From: an archaeon
GTDB taxonomy: Archaea > Iainarchaeota > Iainarchaeia > Iainarchaeales > 1-14-0-10-31-34
DNA length: 30,022 bases
NCBI GenBank assembly: GCA_043819075.1
Contig: JBDRFE010000022.1
Location: 1 to 30,022, forward strand
Direction: 5' to 3'
A model generated the notes under the pieces. That model worked only from the letters and a program-made list of their open reading frames with translations. It was not told the DNA's origin and searched no databases. Both the position numbers and the translations under genes were made by a program. Below are positions 6,901 to 15,300 of the stretch, piece by piece; positions within the stretch are counted from its first letter, which is position 1; the number at the start of each line of letters is the position of its first letter.

Positions 6901-9900
6901 CATCCATTGTATTTATTTCCCTCCAGGAAGAGCCTTGGTTTCTTGCCTCAATTTTTATTCCATATATTCCCGGAATGCTTGTTCTTTTGACTGTAATTTG
7001 CTCTGAATTATTCTGCCCTGTTCTTATCTTTAAAGCTGAAACACTTGTGTTTGGTGAAACAGTTATTCCTCCTTCTGTTCCTCCTGCGCATCTCGGGTCT
7101 GAATCGCAGAACCTTAATTCTATTTCCATTCCGCAGTTGTTTGTTACTGAAAAGTTTCCTTCATCTGAATCTTTTTCAATTATTGTGCCGACTTTTGGCG
7201 CTGGGTCAAATTCAATGCACTCCAATAAATCAACGTTTCCAATTCTTCCTTTTATTATTGAAGGGTCTGTCTGGATTGTTTGTTTGCCTGAAGAAGTATT
7301 TATTTCTGCTTCAATTATTACATTAAATTCTGTTATTCCCTGTTCTCCTGTTAATTCTGTGTCAGGAGTATATGTTAGTGTTGCAATCATTTCTTCTCTT
7401 GAATTCACGCTTGAAGCAAACTGGGTGAACTCGCTTGTTTTGAGTTCGTGTGAAACGCCTTTCATTCCAAGAGAAACATTTCCCTTTTTTCCATTGGCAC
7501 TGAATTCAACTTTTGCTTTTAAATCATTTATTTTGATTGCTCTTCCTGTCCTGTCAATACAGTTGTTTTCAATTGAATATGAAAGCATTACAGGCTGGGA
7601 TGTTGTCTGCCTTGAAAAATTTGTTTCTCCAGAGACTATCTCTAAACAAGAATCATTTTCTATTCTTGCCCCTAACCCTAAACTTAATTTTACTTCAACA
7701 TCTTTTGAGTAAACTGCATCAAATTCTTGGTTTTTCAGTTTTATTGTAAGCAGCCCTTCAGCTGAGCTGGTGTAGTTTTCCGGCAACCCGTTCTGCAGTT
7801 CTGCCTTAAAAATCTGTTCCACGAATTCCTGTGGTGTTCCTGGAATAATTCTTCCTTTAAATGAATTAAATACTGCATTCATTTTCTCTAAATTAATGAA
7901 GTCCTCAAAATATCCTTTTTTGTTCAGCAAACTGATTTTGCTGATGGTTAATTCTTTTTCAAGCAAATTCCTTACAGTAATTTCTTTTGTAACTGAAGGA
8001 TTATCTCTTTCGCTCAGTGTTTCATTTATTATTTCTGGCTCTAATTCAAACACTTCTTCTGTCAAAACAATTTCTTTTAAGGCTGTTTCAAAGCCGATTT
8101 TTTCTGCTGTAAACTCTATTCTTGTTTTTGGCTCTAATGCAGGAACAATGAATTCCGCTTCCCCTGTTCTTCCTGTTTTCTTTGAGGCAATTGTAATTCT
8201 TTTGTTTCCGACTTCAATTACATTTAGTTTAATTACTGCTTCATCTAATTCTGTTCCTTGCTCATCTTTCACTTCAACTGTTACTGGAGTTTCAACTAAA
8301 GCAGGAATTAATTCAGGCAGTACCTCTAATTGTATTTCTTTTCCTGTTTTGATTTTTATTTCAGTTGTTTTTGTGTTGTCAAAAATTTTGTCTGAGCCTC
8401 CGTTGGTTTTTTCATAAACTGATAGGTTAACAAAAATTCTTCCGGCATTTTTTGTTTTAATGCCAATTGTTCCCTGTATTACTGACTGCCTTCCAAATCT
8501 TCCCAGAGAAATTCCGGCTGTTTTTGGCGAATTCACTGAAGTGTTTGTTTTTGTCTGGCCTTCAGCTGTCTTTATTTCATAGTAAGAGATTTCTGCATTA
8601 GCTGTTTCTTCTTCTGAAGAGTCAATTAATTTTACTATTATTTCCGGTTCATCGTAAACTGACAAAGAATTATTTGTTATTTCAAAAGAGTATTCGTATA
8701 CTCCGTTTGTTTTTGTTTCAAATGCAAGTTTTTTCTGAATCAAAAAAGGCTCTTCAATTTTGTCTGTAAGCTTTTGTTTTCTTAAGCATAAATTGTTTTC
8801 CATGCAAAAAGGAACTTCATCTTCTGTGTTGAATTCTTCCTGTAATGTTTCTGCATACAAGCCTTGTTTTGTGGTTGTTCCAGAGCTTGTTCCAAGCTCA
8901 TTGTCTGCTGGAAAATAATAATATCTTGTGCCTTTTCCCCATGCCCTGTAATTTAATGCAATTACATCATTTTCTGTTGCTTCTTCTTTTACCCTTAATT
9001 CTATTTCTGCTTCATATACCCCGGGAGTTACATTATTCCAGACAATATTAGCCCATTTTGCTTCTGCGTTAGCTGAAGCAGAATTATCTGAATCAAAGTC
9101 AGTGTTCTGGCCTGTTTTTGGATTCCATGTTTTTCCCTTGATTTTTGATGCATTCGGTGCGTTAATTTTTTCTATCCACACAATATCGTTTTCAATAAAA
9201 GGGTTTGAGTCATTTCCTGTTCTAAAATGAATTCCTGCTGTCTGATAGCTTTCTCCTGCGGGAACAAACAGTTTTATTACTGCGGAATATTTTTTTCCTC
9301 CTGCAAGAGTGTCCTGTTTTTCTTCGTTAAAGTAAACTCCTTTTAATTCCACCCACAAGTTTTCCCCTGAAATCTGTTCCTCCAGTATTGCTGTTATTTC
9401 ATAGTCTTTGGGAAACAACTGGTATTCTTTTGTCACATATTTTGCGTAAACGTTTTTCGGGTCATAGAATTCAAAGTGCACTCTTTTGTCTGCTTTTATT
9501 TCAATTGAAGTTGTTCCGCCTGCGTCTAAAGTGAATTCTTTTTCTTCATCAATGCTTTTCACTTTAACTCTTGTATTCGGAACTGCAACCCCGTCTTTAT
9601 CTATTGTCGTTAATTTCAGTACGGCTTTTCCTATAACTAACTTTAATTCAACTTCTGTTTCTTCTGTCAGGGTTATTTCAAATTGTTCTGACAGCCCTGA
9701 AGCAGGGTATTTTTCTGCGTAAGCAAAATAAATTCCTTTTTTTATTCCGGAATATTTTACTGTTCCTTTTGCGTCAGAGAATTTTTCCGGGTATTCGGTC
9801 AATAAGCTTCCGTCCTCGTTTTTGAGCATTATTCTTGCGTTTGCAACTTTTTTTCCTTCTTCGTCTATTACTGTTATTACCAGTTTCCCGCTGTTAGCTG

Positions 9901-11146
9901 AAGTTGCTTTCTCTAATTTTATTTCAATTTCTTTGTCTGCATTAAATTCTGTTTCCAGTGTTTCAGGAAGATAGCCGTTTGCTGAAGCTTTTACTGTAAT
10001 TGAGCCTTTTGAATACAATGCGAATTCAATTGTTTCAGCGTTTTCCCCTGAATCTTTTTCTCCTATTACTTCGCCTGTTTCATCTTCTATTACAACTTTC
10101 GCATTCTTGATTCTTGAATTAGTGCTTTTGTCTTTTACTGTTACTTTTAGTGTGCCTTTTTTTGTCAGCTCTAATTCAACTATTCTTTCGTTTACTGTCT
10201 GCTGTTCTATTTCAACTGCATAAATTTTTTTTGTCTCAAAATTGCTTGCCGGGTCCTGTACCAACAAATCATAGCTTCCTGTTTCTATTCCAGTGAACTC
10301 TGCCATGCCTGAGTCAGTGAATTCTTTTTGTATTGTTGTATTGCCTTTTTTTAAGCTGACTTCAATTCCATTCAATGAATTTCCCTGAACACTTTTTACT
10401 ATAACCCTTAAATCGCCTAATGCTTCTCCTGAATCAATTCCCTGCAGGCTTATTGTTTCTACTCCTGAATTAATGCTGCCAAACCAGTTTTCATATCCTT
10501 GGACTTCAACTGAATCAACTAATAATACTTCACAGTTTCTTGGAATGCTTACAGTTATTTCCCCGTCTTTGTCTGAATCCCTTACAACTGAAGGGCTTGG
10601 GGTTACAGCTGAATTCCTGCAGCTTAATCTTATAGTAATTTCTTTTCCAGTAATATATTTGCCGTTTTTGTCTGTGAACCTTAAAATTGCTTGTGTCGGA
10701 CCAGAAGTTATTTCAGTTAATTCAACTGAAAATTCCTGTTTATCTTGGTTTAAAACAAAAGTTTTTTCAATTTCTTCAAACCTTGTTTCATTTATTTTTA
10801 TTTTTATTTGAGTGCCTTTGCCTGCTTTTAACTCAATTCTTCCTTCAGAGTCTGTTGTTAAAGACTGTTCTTCTGTGCCAAGGAAAACGCTTGCCTGTAT
10901 TCCGCTTAATTTTTTTCCCTGCGGGTCTTTAACTGTTATTGTAAAAGAATAATCTTGTGTTCCTGTAATCAATGGAACAAACAAAAACCCAAGCAACAGC
11001 AATACTAAAACAATTAATACTGCAAAAGACGGCACAATTGAATCAATTGCATCAGTTAATTTTGTTATTGGTACTTTTGAATCAATTTTTTCCAGCAGTT
11101 CATAGTACTTGTCTTCTGCTTTCAGGTAAAAGTCTTTTAATCCCAA
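3977..11146 (-). CDS. Giant membrane-anchored surface protein 1 (~2389 aa): carboxypeptidase-regulatory/prealbumin-like beta-sandwich repeats, Ig-like domains, internal hydrophobic hairpin, conserved C-terminal region
   Basis: Long ORF. The start is probably TTG at 11146: this gives MGLKDFY, matching the paralogue MGLKEIY, and places SD-like AGAGGGGT (11158-11151) at 4-nt spacing. N-terminal TM PSFAVLIVLVLLLLGFLF, repeats such as GKLVITVIDEEGKKVANARIML...SDAKGTV, many Cys pairs and N-x-S/T sequons. Confidence 0.85.
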   Translation of the reverse strand: MGLKDFYLKAEDKYYELLEKIDSKVPITKLTDAIDSIVPSFAVLIVLVLLLLGFLFVPLITGTQDYSFTITVKDPQGKKLSGIQASVFLGTEEQSLTTDSEGRIELKAGKGTQIKIKINETRFEEIEKTFVLNQDKQEFSVELTEITSGPTQAILRFTDKNGKYITGKEITIRLSCRNSAVTPSPSVVRDSDKDGEITVSIPRNCEVLLVDSVEVQGYENWFGSINSGVETISLQGIDSGEALGDLRVIVKSVQGNSLNGIEVSLKKGNTTIQKEFTDSGMAEFTGIETGSYDLLVQDPASNFETKKIYAVEIEQQTVNERIVELELTKKGTLKVTVKDKSTNSRIKNAKVVIEDETGEVIGEKDSGENAETIEFALYSKGSITVKASANGYLPETLETEFNADKEIEIKLEKATSANSGKLVITVIDEEGKKVANARIMLKNEDGSLLTEYPEKFSDAKGTVKYSGIKKGIYFAYAEKYPASGLSEQFEITLTEETEVELKLVIGKAVLKLTTIDKDGVAVPNTRVKVKSIDEEKEFTLDAGGTTSIEIKADKRVHFEFYDPKNVYAKYVTKEYQLFPKDYEITAILEEQISGENLWVELKGVYFNEEKQDTLAGGKKYSAVIKLFVPAGESYQTAGIHFRTGNDSNPFIENDIVWIEKINAPNASKIKGKTWNPKTGQNTDFDSDNSASANAEAKWANIVWNNVTPGVYEAEIELRVKEEATENDVIALNYRAWGKGTRYYYFPADNELGTSSGTTTKQGLYAETLQEEFNTEDEVPFCMENNLCLRKQKLTDKIEEPFLIQKKLAFETKTNGVYEYSFEITNNSLSVYDEPEIIVKLIDSSEEETANAEISYYEIKTAEGQTKTNTSVNSPKTAGISLGRFGRQSVIQGTIGIKTKNAGRIFVNLSVYEKTNGGSDKIFDNTKTTEIKIKTGKEIQLEVLPELIPALVETPVTVEVKDEQGTELDEAVIKLNVIEVGNKRITIASKKTGRTGEAEFIVPALEPKTRIEFTAEKIGFETALKEIVLTEEVFELEPEIINETLSERDNPSVTKEITVRNLLEKELTISKISLLNKKGYFEDFINLEKMNAVFNSFKGRIIPGTPQEFVEQIFKAELQNGLPENYTSSAEGLLTIKLKNQEFDAVYSKDVEVKLSLGLGARIENDSCLEIVSGETNFSRQTTSQPVMLSYSIENNCIDRTGRAIKINDLKAKVEFSANGKKGNVSLGMKGVSHELKTSEFTQFASSVNSREEMIATLTYTPDTELTGEQGITEFNVIIEAEINTSSGKQTIQTDPSIIKGRIGNVDLLECIEFDPAPKVGTIIEKDSDEGNFSVTNNCGMEIELRFCDSDPRCAGGTEGGITVSPNTSVSALKIRTGQNNSEQITVKRTSIPGIYGIKIEARNQGSSWREINTMDVLAEPNSGHYFSLNNYTIAVPERNVPDIIELYNERLFTNVDVDASNCVWETAQKSSFLKNIGNSFISGAGTFGTVVLYTLIAAGPVGWATAGILAGVTFVVNFIGCITGLFCDDPCDDRTTAPMLDYLINLSAGAKSINPIPDRNPPNLTGIDLSIRGIEVSWDFEEAILIYLNGPPGKEILPLMFEKNTNQYDNIRPTYGILTVNATEHNQTAKLNVPGKDDDRADDLVNFGLPDKYSGDDDNPNYKDYTEVQRKFHVRAVTQRFIEEIPPLYRSLDCVKPTGEIGGTGENALPKVKLNWEWSAIALNECEQTNTNYVYCDSAQFTVMLNKRIHAIDEFMKENGYAFSCPKNAVEELASNQWEETKINIVEEGKIGIKEVNVETNDETNKTKISIIIENKTEISMSVDVKINLTIPEGVEYTGEISCIKPTGNISSGSEKEVFCEFELPEKEQVYIIQASHLPTETGALTNLELFDPNTSTIYYRQAIEESRCWAGTTTEIMAEVFPLNLYLNKTDLLTGKYVTQDSVKLNGTTVYTESPEIKNIIEEIKNLSHFNAYLMKDGFSEDFRQDFAEYYETQAFLEGATWFTDSDSATKNNELAEYYKTGKISFNRKYLNESGFALPEPGLYRIDVSINYSGDKWNLFESNGTPKAQIKIEFTRLATPDADSIFYYMPFDGRIGEKNGVFHRTGYGTGYNNLREKELKVNSEITLYPSDNSSTPLNNISVEKNDSLIEMNSKEETRGSILNLNYDGEEIQMKFYPSKATPVAIKMFHEQTPTTQNPFSYFYGMQEEQTPILAGNDRLGFWNGLGRCRDFEGSFLQNYARWDSKTQSNEVSNYQNLYSIKWNNAVKGGNTFLKTVFYTPTERNIRLKLNTGSSVQNAWFYTADELNSGLVSLNGIQGMQFNSSGSEDYLKNIENVFELVKNGTACISQNNASMKVYWNEQNLFRQSGSKQSINDLEDSLIAGTDCIN

Positions 11147-11150
11147 CAAA

Positions 11151-11250
11151 ACCCCTCTGTTTTTTCCAGCTGTTAATGTATACTTTAGCTATTGAATAAT
11201 ATGCCTTTATTTATATTTAATTGTTTGTCTTGGTTCAAAAAATTTTTAAA
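11151..11250. promoter_or_regulatory. Divergent control region: SD and TATA candidates for giant gene 1 (minus) and a TATA box for the methyltransferase gene (plus)
   Basis: Minus strand: TTAAATATAAATA around 11220-11208 and SD-like AGAGGGGT at 11158-11151. Plus strand: TTTTTAAA at 11243-11250, 22-29 nt upstream of ATG 11272. Confidence 0.5.
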
Positions 11251-11271
11251 CTTGCAGTGCGTACTCTTTTT

Positions 11272-12378
11272 ATGAAAAACTTTTCTGCAGGAAAAATGCG
11301 TTTTGCTTTAGCTAAGGCTTCCTTTAAAGCTTCAAAGAAAACAAGAGCCTTTTTAGGCAAAACTCTAAGATTCAAACCTTTAAGGAAGCTGGTTTGGAGG
11401 GGTGAAAAAAGAAAAGTTTTGAAATATACTTCTTTGCCTAGTGAAATAAAAAGCGATATTTCTTTTATCCTTGCTTTCAGGGGGGCAAAAGCGCAGTCGA
11501 TTGCACTGGTAATTGTTGGGGCAGGCAATATTATTTTTCCACCTTGGTATTCAAAAGCCATAGGCGCAGTAGGTATTGGAGCCGGAGTATTTGTTACAAA
11601 AAAAAGAAACAAGGAAGTCGTTCACGCTACTGAACAATTAGGCCATTCGTTGTTTGTTTCAAAAGATAAAAGAATAGTTAAGCTAAGGAATTTATTCAAA
11701 TACATTGTTGTTGACATTGAAGGCAACTTAGTTGGGACAAATAAAAAGCCTTTTTTGGGGAAAATAGGGAGAAAAAGGATTTCTAAAAGTGACTCGTATT
11801 TAGGCAAGCACGATAAAAAGCTCTCTGATTCTGAAGCAAGGAAAGCAAGAAAAAAGTTTGCTAAAGCTTTTGCACTTGACTTGGGTGCAGGCTCTGGGGC
11901 AGAAAGAACAATAAAATATGCAAGGGAAAACCCTGACAGGATTTTTGTTGCGGTTGATACTGAAAACCCTTCTGTTAAATCCAGGATTGTTTTGAGGAAA
12001 GTTCCTAACCTGTTTTTTGTCAGGGCTGATGCATTGGAAGCATTAAAGCTTGTTGAATCCAGTTCAAAGCAGATTATTAATATGGATAATTTTCCTTTTT
12101 TTGATTCAGTCAATGAACTTCCTGTAAATATAGAATACAGGAAAATGCTTTTTTCTGAAGTCTTTCGTTCACTGAAACCAGGAGGCACACTTACTATAAC
12201 AACTGACCACTATAAGCTGGCAATAAAAGAATTAGCAGAAGCAGGCCTGAAAGTAAGAACTGCTGAGAGATGGGGTTCTAGAAACCTGACAGAAGACAAG
12301 GCAGCAAAATATACTGCTTATAGAATGTATTCGCTGAGAGGGGCTCCAATGCAGTTAACTGCAAAAAAGCCCAGATAA
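11272..12378 (+). CDS. Class I SAM-dependent methyltransferase (TrmB/KamB-like domain) fused to a highly basic N-terminal region with a hydrophobic Gly-rich segment
   Basis: Motif I FALDLGAGSG, then YARENPDRIFVAVD, PNLFFVRADALEAL and EVFRSLKPGGTLTITTD. The N-terminal ~200 aa is K/R-rich and contains SIALVIVGAGNIIFPPWYSKAIGAVGIGAGVFV. The start is moved from TTG 11221 to ATG 11272 on TATA spacing. Confidence 0.8.
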   Translation: MKNFSAGKMRFALAKASFKASKKTRAFLGKTLRFKPLRKLVWRGEKRKVLKYTSLPSEIKSDISFILAFRGAKAQSIALVIVGAGNIIFPPWYSKAIGAVGIGAGVFVTKKRNKEVVHATEQLGHSLFVSKDKRIVKLRNLFKYIVVDIEGNLVGTNKKPFLGKIGRKRISKSDSYLGKHDKKLSDSEARKARKKFAKAFALDLGAGSGAERTIKYARENPDRIFVAVDTENPSVKSRIVLRKVPNLFFVRADALEALKLVESSSKQIINMDNFPFFDSVNELPVNIEYRKMLFSEVFRSLKPGGTLTITTDHYKLAIKELAEAGLKVRTAERWGSRNLTEDKAAKYTAYRMYSLRGAPMQLTAKKPR

Positions 12379-12383
12379 TTGAA

Positions 12384-15300
12384 TCATTTTGTTATGCAGT
12401 TTTCCCCTGCTTTAAGCGAGGCTTTCACTGAATTAATTGAGTCATCAACTTTTTCCGGGTTCCAGAAAAAGTAAGAGTAACTTGAGTTTCCTATTCCACC
12501 TACGCAAACGTCCTCTGATTTAACCAAGTCAAGTATTTTCTGCAGTGAAGTTATTTCCAAGCTTGTTACTCCGTTTAATTCAACGAACTGGCTTGTTCCA
12601 GTCTGCTGGGTTATTGTTGCTTCATCGCTTGGAGTGAAAATTCTTGCATTGTCTCCTGCACTGATTAAATTCATTCTGGTCTGAGAATTTAACGGGCTAA
12701 AGATTAATGTCTCTAACCAGAATTTTCCGGTTCTAACCGGGCTCTTCCACACCCAGCCATAAGCTGTTGCCTTATTCTGTGTGATTTGCGCATAGCTTGC
12801 TTCATTGCTTAATCCATGTATATCTGGTGTTTCCATATAATCCTGTGAACTTCTGTCCAAAAAGTCTTTGCAGTTTGCTTCAATGCCACTCCATTTTGTT
12901 ATTCCCTCGCTTCCGGTGTTCTGGGACTGTCCGTCAACTGAAATTGAGTAAAACACATAAGCGTTTTCTGAAGGGTTTTCTTCCGGCCTGTCTATTTCAA
13001 GTATTACTGGTGTTGCAACTGAAGGAGTATAAGTTAATTTTGTTCCTGTTGAAGTCCTTTCAAACTGCATTATTTTTCCCCTGTCGTCTAAATTGCTTTT
13101 CTTGAAGTCAGTTGAATAAACTGTTTTAAGTTTTTCTGTTGGGTCTGCCACTGCCATTGGCACTGTCTTAATTGAGTGTGAACCGTCATTAATTCTTATC
13201 TGCTGGCCTTCAGTGTTTTCATAGTCCAATCCATATCCAATTCTTCCATTGCTTGAATTAATTCCTATTTCTCCGTCAAACGGCAGATAATATAATGGAG
13301 AATTTGGTTTTGCGGTTCTAAGCTTGTCCATTGAAATTGTTATTTTTGCGTTTGGAGTATTGCCTTTGAATAAATTCCATGAATTGTCGTTAAAAGAAAT
13401 GTCTATTCCAACTTTATATAATCCTGGTTCCTGTAATGGTGCATTCGGTGCTCCGGCGTAATCAAATTCAAACAATGAACTGTCTTTAAAGTATCTTCCT
13501 ATTCCAGTCTGGTCTTGTTCATTATAGTATGTTGTCGGTGCATCAAAGAATGCTGTGTTAACTGCGTAGTCGTGGAAGTCTTTTTGGAAGTCTGTGCTGT
13601 AGCCGTCAACTATTAAAAAAGAATTAAATCCGACTAATTCCATTAACCTTTCTTTTTGGCTTACAGGAGTTGTTTCTTCTGTTTTCTGGATTAACTCTGA
13701 TAACTTTAGAGTGCTACAGTTGTCTGTGCAGGTAATACCTGAATTTTCTAATCTTTGGGTTAATTCATCTATTTTTTGGAGTACTTCAATCGAAAACTGT
13801 GTTGCATCACAGTAAATATAGCTGTTGTTTGTTTCATCGCATGCGTTTTCTGGAATTCCGCTCCATCTCCATTCAAGCTTTATTTTTGGCAAAGCATTTT
13901 CCCCTGTTTCGCCAGTTAATTCTCCTATAGAGCATGAGCCAAAAGCATTTTGTGTGCCTGAAACATCATCTTCTGGATTAAATGAATTAAATTGCAATCT
14001 GTTGTATTGGTTGATGTAATCCTTTTTGTCTGTTAATTCTTTTAACCCTCTTTCAAAGTCATAGTCTGCTCCTTTAGTTAATTTTTCAAAGAAACTGTCA
14101 TTCCTGTTAAAGTAATCTGAGTTATACTGTGTTTCCCAGAAGTGTTCAGCTGACTCTGTTTTAAGTATTTTCATTATCGGGGTTTGTTCGTCTTCTTGTG
14201 TGATTCCGTTTTCATTGACAAAAGTTAAATCCCAGCAGTCTATTGTCTTGTTTTCAATTGAATCAAAGCAGTCAAACGGCCCCTCTAAAACCAATCCGAT
14301 GTCTGTATCCAATACTTCTTGTTTTGTTGTTGAATATTTTATTCCGTCTAACAGTTTGATGTTGTCTACTGTAATGTCGTTTGCTGTTGCCTTGAACTGC
14401 ATGTCGTCTGCTGTAAAATAATCGTATAATGTTGCTGCAGCAAAAGTTATTCCGAATACTGCAAAAGGGTTTGATGTGCCGAAAACGCTTTTTAAAATCT
14501 TGTCTAATCCGCCAATATTTGAAAGCAAGTCTAATCCTGGGATAATGCCATAACCTGTTGGAGTATCGTGTGCAAGAATTACCTTTCCTCCTGTTGGAGG
14601 AACTGTAGTTTCAGGGTTTGGAACACCAGAAGCTGGATTTTTTTTGTCGTCTTTTTTGTGCACTGCAGTGGCTACCCCGAATGCAATTACTGCAGGCAAT
14701 AATGCTTTTCTCATTGAAAGTGTAAGGTCCTGCAAATCAATTGTTACATTAACTGTTTTTTCATCACAGTAATTGTATATCTGTGCTGTGTCATAGCCGT
14801 CATATGGGTTGTCTATGTCATCATAGATGTCAAACTCATACCTGCTTAATTGCACGCAGGTGTCATCGTATACTGTCACAAAAATGTTTTGTATTTGTGT
14901 TTTTGTTGCAAGAGAAGTTCCTTTTGCTTCTGCTTTAATGATATATCTTCCGGTGAATGCGTCCCTTGAATCAATTGTTATTTCAGGGCTGGTTTCTTCT
15001 GAGCCTAAAGTAATTGCTGTCCTGCTTAATTTCAGTTCTTTTTCTGAATCAAAAGAAAAGTTTACATTGCTTCCGCAGCCTGAAGTTGAAACAGTGAAGT
15101 TTGCTTTTTCTCCTCTTTTAATGCTTAATTCTGTGTTAGAGAATTTAATGCAGTCCTCTAAATTAACTGCTTTTATTTCTGTGTGGATTTTGTCTTCAAT
15201 GAACTCGTCTTTTCCGTCTAATGGGTTTCTTGCTCTTACACTGATGTCTGCTGTTGCTGTTCCGTTTACTCCGCCGTTGACTTCAAATGCAAGTGTTGCA

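Noticed and set aside
11147..11271. ORF-track starts at TTG 11149 (giant 1) and TTG 11221 (methyltransferase)
   Set aside because: TTG 11146 fits the paralogue N-termini and SD spacing better. ATG 11272 fits the TATA box at 11243-11250, which would otherwise lie inside the CDS.
11869..12378. Assigning gene symbol trmB or an aminoglycoside-resistance methyltransferase (kamB/npmA)
   Set aside because: Only fold-level motifs match. The TrmB FPDPW and HxKRR motifs and the KamB/NpmA PWGxL motif are absent.
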